The notes under the pieces were generated by a model. It was not told the DNA's origin. It searched no databases and worked only from the letters and a program-made list of their open reading frames with translations. DNA of 29,517 nt from Paraphysomonas bandaiensis (lineage: Eukaryota > Protista > Chrysophyceae): the NCBI GenBank assembly GCA_965644295.1, contig CBFFRP010000665.1, forward strand, positions 1 through 29,517. Direction: 5' to 3'. This document shows, piece after piece, positions 22,318 to 29,517 of this stretch; position 1 is the first letter of the stretch; every line of letters begins with the position of its first letter. The position numbers and the translations under genes are program-made.

Positions 22318-25300
22318 ATGAGCACCTGGGTGGAGGAACTAAATGAATTTCAGAGCGGATCGGACAAACAGTTCGGCGCTATGGAGACTGGCGGAGGCAT
22401 GAGGAGGTGTGTCTGTATCTCTGCACTGCATGCGTCTCTGCCCTTATCATCCGTCACAGCACATTTGTTAAGCCGAAGCCGTCCCGCAAAGAGACTCTAA
22501 AGGCGGAGCTCAAGCTGTTGGAGTGGCATAAACTTGCGAACGACGCGGCTCTTAAGGTACATATCACGCGATCTTATGTGCTGTGTGTTGGGGGTTGTTA
22601 GGAGATATGTATGATATGCTATGCTGTGTGTTGCGGGTTGTTAAGAGATATGTATGATATGCTATGCTGTGTGTTGGGGGTTGTTAAGAGATATGTATGA
22701 TATGCTATGCTGTGTGTTGGGGGTTGTTAAGAGATATGTATGATATGCTATGCTGTGTGTTGCGGGTTGTTAGGAGATATGTATGATATGCTATGCTGTG
22801 TGTTGGGGGTTGTTAAGAGATATGTATCACGCGATATGCTATGCTGTGTGTTGGGGGTTGTTAAGAGATATGTATGATATGATATGCTGTGTGTTGGGGG
22901 TTGTTAAGAGATATGTATGATGTGATATGCTGTGTGTTGCGGGTTGTTAGGAGATATGTATGATATGCTATGCTGTGTGTTGGGGGTTGTTAGGAGATAT
23001 GTATGATATGCTATGCTGTGTGTTGGGGGTTGTTAGGAGATATGTATCACGCGATCTTATGTGCTGTGTGTTGGGGGTTGTTAAGAGATATGTATGATAT
23101 GATATGCTGTGTGTTGGGGGTTGTTAGGAGATATGTATGATATGCTATGCTGTGTGTTGCGGGTTGTTAGGAGATATGTATGATATGCTATGCTGTGTGT
23201 TGGGGGTTGTTAGGAGATATGTATGATATGATATGGTGTGTGTTGCGGGTTGTTAGGAGATATGTATGATATGCTATGCTGTGTGTTGGGGGTTGTTAGG
23301 AGATATGTATGATATGATATGGTGTATGTTGCGGGTTGTTAGGAGATATGTATGATATGCTATGCTGTGTGTTGGGGGTTGTTAAGAGATATGTATGATA
23401 TGCTATGCTGTGTGTTGGGGGTTGTTAGGAGATATGTATGATATGCTATGCTGTGTGTTGGGGGTTGTTAAGAGATATGTATGATATGCTATGCTGTGTT
23501 TTGGGGGTTGTTAAGATATATGTATGATATGCTATGCTGTGTGTTGGGGGTTGTTAAGAGATATGTATGATATGCTATGCTGTGTGTTGCGGGTTGTTAA
23601 GAGATATGTATGATATGATATGCTGTGTGTTGGGGGTTGTTAAGAGATATGTATCACGCGATCTTATGTGCTGTGTGTTGGGGGTTGTTAAGAGATATGT
23701 ATGATATGATATGGTGTGTGTTGCGGGTTGTTAGGAGATATGTATGATATGCTATGCTGTGTGTTGGGGGTTGTTAGGAGATATGTATGATATGATATGG
23801 TCTGTGTTGGGGGTTGTTAGGAGATATGTATGATATGCTATGCTGTGTGTTGCGGGTTGTTAGGAGATATGTATGATATGCTATGCTGTGTGTTGGGGGT
23901 TGTTAAGAGATATGTATGATATGCTATGCTGTGTGTTGGGGGTTGTTAAGAGATATGTATGATATGCTATGCTGTGTGTTGAGGGTTGTTAGGAGATATG
24001 TATGATATGCTATGCTGTGTGTTGGGGGTTGTTAAGAGATATGTATCACGCGATCTTATGTGCTGTGTGTTGGGGGTTGTTAAGAGATATGTATGATATG
24101 ATATGGTGTGTGTTGCGGGTTGTTAGGAGATATGTATGATATGCTATGCTGTGTGTTGGGGGTTGTTAGGAGATATGTATGATATGATATGCTGTGTGTT
24201 GGGGGTTGTTAGGAGATATGTATCACGCGATCTTATGTGCTGTGTGTTGGGGGTTGTTAAGAGATATGTATGATATGATATGCTGTGTGTTGGGGGTTGT
24301 TAGGAGATATGTATCACGCGATCTTATGTGCTGTGTGTTGGGGGTTGTTAAGAGATATGTATGATATGATATGCTGTGTGTTGGGGGTTGTTAAGAGATA
24401 TGTATGATATGATATGGTGTGTGTTGGGGGTTGTTAGGAGATATGTATCACGCGATCTTATGTGCTGTGTGTTGGGGGTTGTTAAGAGATATGTATGATA
24501 TGATATGGTGTGTGTTGGGGGTTGTTAGGAGATATGTATGATATGATATGCTGTGTGTTGGGGGTTGTTAAGAGATATGTATCACGCGATCTTATGTGCT
24601 GTGTGTTGGGGGTTGTTAGGAGATATGTATCACGCGATCTTATGTGCTGTGTGTTGGGGGTTGTTAAGAGATATGTATGATATGATATGCTGTGTGTTGG
24701 GGGTTGTTAAGAGATATGTATGATATGATATGGTGTGTGTTGGGGGTTGTTAGGAGATATGTATCACGCGATCTTATGTGCTGTGTGTTGGGGGTTGTTA
24801 AGAGATATGTATGATATGATATGCTGTGTGTTGGGGGTTGTTAGGAGATATGTATGATCTTATGTGCTGTGTGTTGGGGGTTGTTAAGAGATATGTATCA
24901 CGCGATCTTATGTGCTGTGTGTTGGGGGTTGTTAGGAGATATGTATCACGCGATCTTATGTGCTGTGTGTTGGGGGTTGTTAAGAGATATGTATGATATG
25001 ATATGCTGTGTGTTGGGGGTTGTTAGGAGATATGTATCACGCGATCTTATGTGCTGTGTGTTGGGGGTTGTTAGGAGATATGTATCACGCGATCTTATGT
25101 GCTGTGTGTTGGGGGTTGTTAAGATATATGTATCACGCGATCTTATGTGCTGTGTGTTGGGGGTTGTTAAGAGATATGTATGATATGATATGCTGTGTGT
25201 TGGGGGTTGTTAAGAGATATGTATGATATGATATGCTGTGTGTTGGGGGTTGTTAAGAGATATGTATGATATGATATGCTGTGTGTTGGGGGTTGTTAGG

Positions 25301-28254
25301 AGATATGTATCACGCGATCTGATATGCTGTGTGTTGGGGGTTGTTAAGAGATATGTATCACGCGATCTTATGTGCTGTGTGTTGGGGGTTGTTAGGAGAT
25401 ATGTATCACGCGATCTTATGTGCTGTGTGTTGGGGGTTGTTAAGAGATATGTATGATATGATATGCTGTGTGTTGGGGGTTGTTAAGAGATATGTATGAT
25501 ATGATATGGTGTGTGTTGGGGGTTGTTAGGAGATATGTATCACGCGATCTTATGTGCTGTGTGTTGGGGGTTGTTAAGAGATATGTATGATATGATATGC
25601 TGTGTGTTGGGGGTTGTTAGGAGATATGTATGATATGATATGCTGTGTGTTGGGGGTTGTTAAGAGATATGTATCACGCGATCTTATGTGCTGTGTGTTG
25701 GGGGTTGTTAGGAGATATGTATCACGCGATCTTATGTGCTGTGTGTTGGGGGTTGTTAAGAGATATGTATGATATGATATGGTGTGTGTTGGGGGTTGTT
25801 AGGAGATATGTATCACGCGATCTTATGTGCTGTGTGTTGGGGGTTGTTAGGAGATATGTATCACGCGATCTTATGTGCTGTGTGTTGGGGGTTGTTAAGA
25901 TATATGTATCACGCGATCTTATGTGCTGTGTGTTGGGGGTTGTTAAGAGATATGTATGATATGATATGCTGTGTGTTGGGGGTTGTTAGGAGATATGTAT
26001 GATATGATATGCTGTGTGTTGGGGGTTGTTAAGAGATATGTATGATATGATATGCTGTGTGTTGGGGGTTGTTAGGAGATATGTATCATGCGATCTGATA
26101 TGCTGTGTGTTGGGGGTTGTTAAGAGATATGTATCACGCGATCTTATGTGCTGTGTGTTGGGGGTTGTTAAGAGATATGTATGATATGATATGCTGTGTG
26201 TTGGTGGTTGTTAAGAGATATGTATGATATGCTATGCTATGTGTTGGGGGTTGTTAGGAAATATGTATCACGCGATCTTATGTGCTGTGTGTTGGGGGTT
26301 GTTAGGAGATATGTATCACGCGATCTTATGTGCTGTGTGTTGGGGGTTGTTAGGAGATGTGTATCACGCGATCTTATGTGCTGTGTGTTGGGGGTTGTTA
26401 AGAGATATGTATCACGCGATCTTATGTGCTGTGTGTTGGTGGTTGTTAAGAGATATGTATCACGCGATCTGATATGGTGTGTGTTGGGGGTTGTTAGGAG
26501 ATATGTATGATATGATATGCTGTGTGTTGGGGGTTGCTTGGAGGTATTAGTATGGGAGATATCTACGTTTGGAACATATTGATATGTATGTCTATATATA
26601 GATATTAACTATGCGTGATGTTCATATACATGGGATACATTGGTGTATTTATTGGTACAGATAGAATTCAGTTTGCGAGATATTTTGTTGTGGATGAGTT
26701 GCGTATTATGTTGTCGTATTGACAAGTACATTGCGGTAATTTGGGGATTGTATAGGCGGCACTGATGCAGACCAAAGCTTTGCATGAGCCGGGTGTGCAG
26801 AAAACGGCACCACTGGAGGAGGAAGCAAAACGGATTAGAAAGATTATAACTAATGAACAGACCAAGCCTCTTGAGGTGTTTATTTTGGATTTCATTGTTT
26901 TTATGTCACATTCTGTCGCCAGGTTACTCGGGATTTTGTTCTAAAGTATGAGCAGAAAGAATTGTCGGATTCTGAGAGGTTAACGACGCAGGTTGAGAGA
27001 CACATTGAAACACTGCGCACAATTCGTAGCAAGTTAGAGGATAGAATAGAGCTCAAGGGGCGTATAGGGGAATATCGGGACTGGAAGAAAGAGTTCATGC
27101 ACAAAAAGAATGCTGTAATGAGCGGAAAAACGCTGCAAAGTCTGACTCCACCTGCCAGTGGTACACACACCCAGTCGACAGAGAAGCAGCGCACACTAGG
27201 GTCTGGGGGTGGGTCCCGGGACCTCGCCACTGTGCTAGACAGTCTTAACAAACTTGCTCAACTGGAAGCGCGCATTACAAGTCTGGAGAAAGATAGTGAG
27301 AACATGTTTGACAAGATGAAGCGTACCGAAGAGTCTTCACAACGTGAAGCAGAGCGAACTGCGCTGCAGTTCAAAAAGAAGCGTGCTGCGGACCCTCTTG
27401 GGAAAGGATCCGTAAAGACAGTTTACGCCCTACGGACGAAGAAGGTTCCTCTTCATACAGGTGTAAAGCTTCCGCGTCAGCAGAAGACAGGCGGCACCTT
27501 CTTAACCGCGATGGACGGAGCGGAGACGAACACGAGGTACATGCATCAAGTTGATTGTCACCTTAGATGACATTATTTCTGCAGAGATGCACGTGCCAGG
27601 GAGCGGCAACGACAATTGGCTATGGCGTCCTCTGGTCAGAAGAATTTACGGAATCGAGTGAAGACAAGAAAACAGCGCGCGGTAGAGGATGTTAACTCAC
27701 ATCGCAAACACGAGGAGGCATTGCAGGAGTTGAATAAAAGGCGGTCAGAGCAGGCGGCGCGTATGAAACAGAACCGCAACCCCACTGTTGGTAAGGGTGC
27801 TAGTTCGGGTAGAAAGTTCAAGAACAAGTATATGGAAGACTTCCATAAACTCAAAAAGGAGAGCCGCACAAAACGAGGTATGTATGTACCTGTGTAGACG
27901 TCTACGTAGAGTTACATGTAGTATTTAGCTGAGAGGCGAGCAGAGCGCCGAACAGAGCCTACTGTCCGGACGCGGCGCGTCCCTGCGAAGGCACACAAAG
28001 AACAGGTGTCATCCATGACTATGCCCGCAATTTCCAGCAGACCCATCGGAAATACACGCAAGCCAGCTACGAAGACTGCTGGCACCATAACTAGGCGCGC
28101 CAATGCTGTTCCCACAAGGAGGGGAGGGCCTGCGAGAAATAGTGCTGCCCCATCCAATGGACCAGGCACAGGGAAAATGCCCTTAATTGTAGGTTCTGGA
28201 GTTGGAGGGGCCAGAGCTTTGAAACAGCAGAAGGCCAGTAGGCGGTCTTACTAG
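22318..28254 (+). CDS. Uncharacterised basic coiled-coil protein, 6 exons, ~512 aa
   Basis: Exons 22318-22406, 22460-22556, 26756-26875, 26923-27536, 27585-27877 and 27929-28254 join in frame with GT-AG ends (1,539 nt, no internal stop); K/R/E-rich. No family recognised. Confidence 0.75.
22561..26537. repeat. 43/48-bp minisatellite (roughly 85-90 units) filling intron 2
   Basis: Core TGCTGTGTGTTGGGGGTTGTTA(A/G)GAGATATGTAT followed by GATATG(C/A)TA (43 bp) or CACGCGATCTTATG (48 bp). Confidence 0.97.
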
Positions 28255-28497
28255 TATAGTACTAGACTAGTAGATTGATTGATAGTTGTTAACGCGTGAT
28301 TATCAGATAGTCTCTTCGACTATTTAAATTCTGTGTGGAATTAATTGGTGGGAGGGAACTACAATTTCGTATATGTATACGCTGAAGAATGAAATGTTTA
28401 TGGTATTCTGTTATGTCAGCTCAATAATATGTGTGAACTGAATAAATTAAAAATGTTAATATGAGGTGAAGGGAATTGTAACAGAAGTTGACATTAT

Positions 28498-29517
28498 TTG
28501 CGTGCCTACCTAAACGCCGACCTTGAGCATCCCCACATCATCCGGATCCCTAAGGACGTTACCGAGGTCTACGTGCGACACAAGCCTCATCTCCGAAAGT
28601 ATGTTCAACCCAATGGGACAATGCTTGCTGACGCAGTCAAGGCCTTGTACGGACTACCCGAAGCAGGACTACGCTGGCACCGAACCATTTCAGGGGTGCT
28701 GCTGGAGGCCGGATTCCGAATCAGCGACGCCGATCCATGTGTGTTTATATATGTGAGCAAACGTGGCAAGTGCACCATAGCACTCCACGTGGACGACCTC
28801 CTGGTCACCACAACTTCGAAGGAGCTCACCGAATGGCTCGAGAAGCTCCTCAGTGACAAGTTCGGAAAGGTAACCACAGAAACCGAATCCCAGATCCCAT
28901 ATCTCGGGATGGTCCTCACCGTGCATGACCAGGGACACATCACTGTCTCCATGCCTGCTTACATTGACGAGCTACTTCGTGACCACAGCGACGGATCCAA
29001 GGCCAAGACTCCAGCGACAAAGCACTTGTTCCGGAACGACAAGCCTGGAGACCCGGTGGACGCTAGTGAATATCTCAGCCTCCTGATGAAACTTATGTAC
29101 CTAGCCAAGAGGATCAGACCCGATATCTTGCTTGCGTGCAGCCATTTAGCCACCAGGGCAAAGTGTCCAGACACCCATGACCGATGCAAGCTGCTGCGAG
29201 TGTTGGCATACATCAATGGCACCAAAGACCTGACGCTGACACTCGACCCAGACTCTATCACACTTGAGTGTTGGGCAGACGCGAGTTATGGAGTTCACCC
29301 AGATGGGAAAGGGCATACGGGCATCGTGATGAAGATAGGCTCCAGGAGTGGTGGAACCATACTTGCAAAGTCAGTCAAGCAGAAGTGTGTGAGCCGCTCC
29401 TCATCCGAGTCAGAACTCATCTCTGCAGACACTGGTATTCCCCCAATCCTCGTCCAGAGAACACTGCTCTCAGACCTGGGTTACCCGCAGCCTCCGACTG
29501 TGCTTTATCAGGACAAC
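28498..29517 (+). mobile_element. 5'-truncated Ty1/Copia pol fragment (RT + RNase H), open frame to the window end, CoDi-like
   Basis: Frame from 28501: RAYLNAD...KALYGLPEAG...DADPCVF...LHVDDLL...YLGM...RPDI...WADASYGVHPDGKGHTG...SRSSSESEL...YQDN. No LTR, gag or integrase upstream. Confidence 0.92.

Overview
Eukaryotic genomic DNA with mostly ~40-65 nt GT-AG introns; a protist origin, possibly stramenopile, is inferred from the CoDi-like Copia motifs. The right part (11.8-28.3 kb) is a gene block. It holds an ankyrin+HECT E3 ligase gene with several frame breaks (-), an intact RNA Pol III subunit RPC6/POLR3F gene (+), a hAT-type MITE, an intact U2 snRNP A' gene (SNRPA1, -), and an unknown ~512-aa basic coiled-coil gene (+) whose intron 2 is a 4-kb minisatellite. 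A 5'-truncated Copia RT-RNase H fragment closes the window. The left 11.6 kb is one decayed Ty1/Copia element (-) interrupted twice. First, a young 2,066-bp non-autonomous relative sits in its 5' LTR with a GTTAT target-site duplication. Second, a ~7.4-kb composite insertion is bracketed by a 72-bp direct repeat (S). The composite consists of two arrays of a 146-bp unit (S plus a 74-bp structured segment T) enclosing an inverted copy of 9065-10180 and a direct copy of 14225-18534. All three internal junctions fall in, or are rebuilt from, the same T motif ACAACCCCTACCTAC; this is the most unusual feature of the window. All coordinates and comparisons were made by eye.
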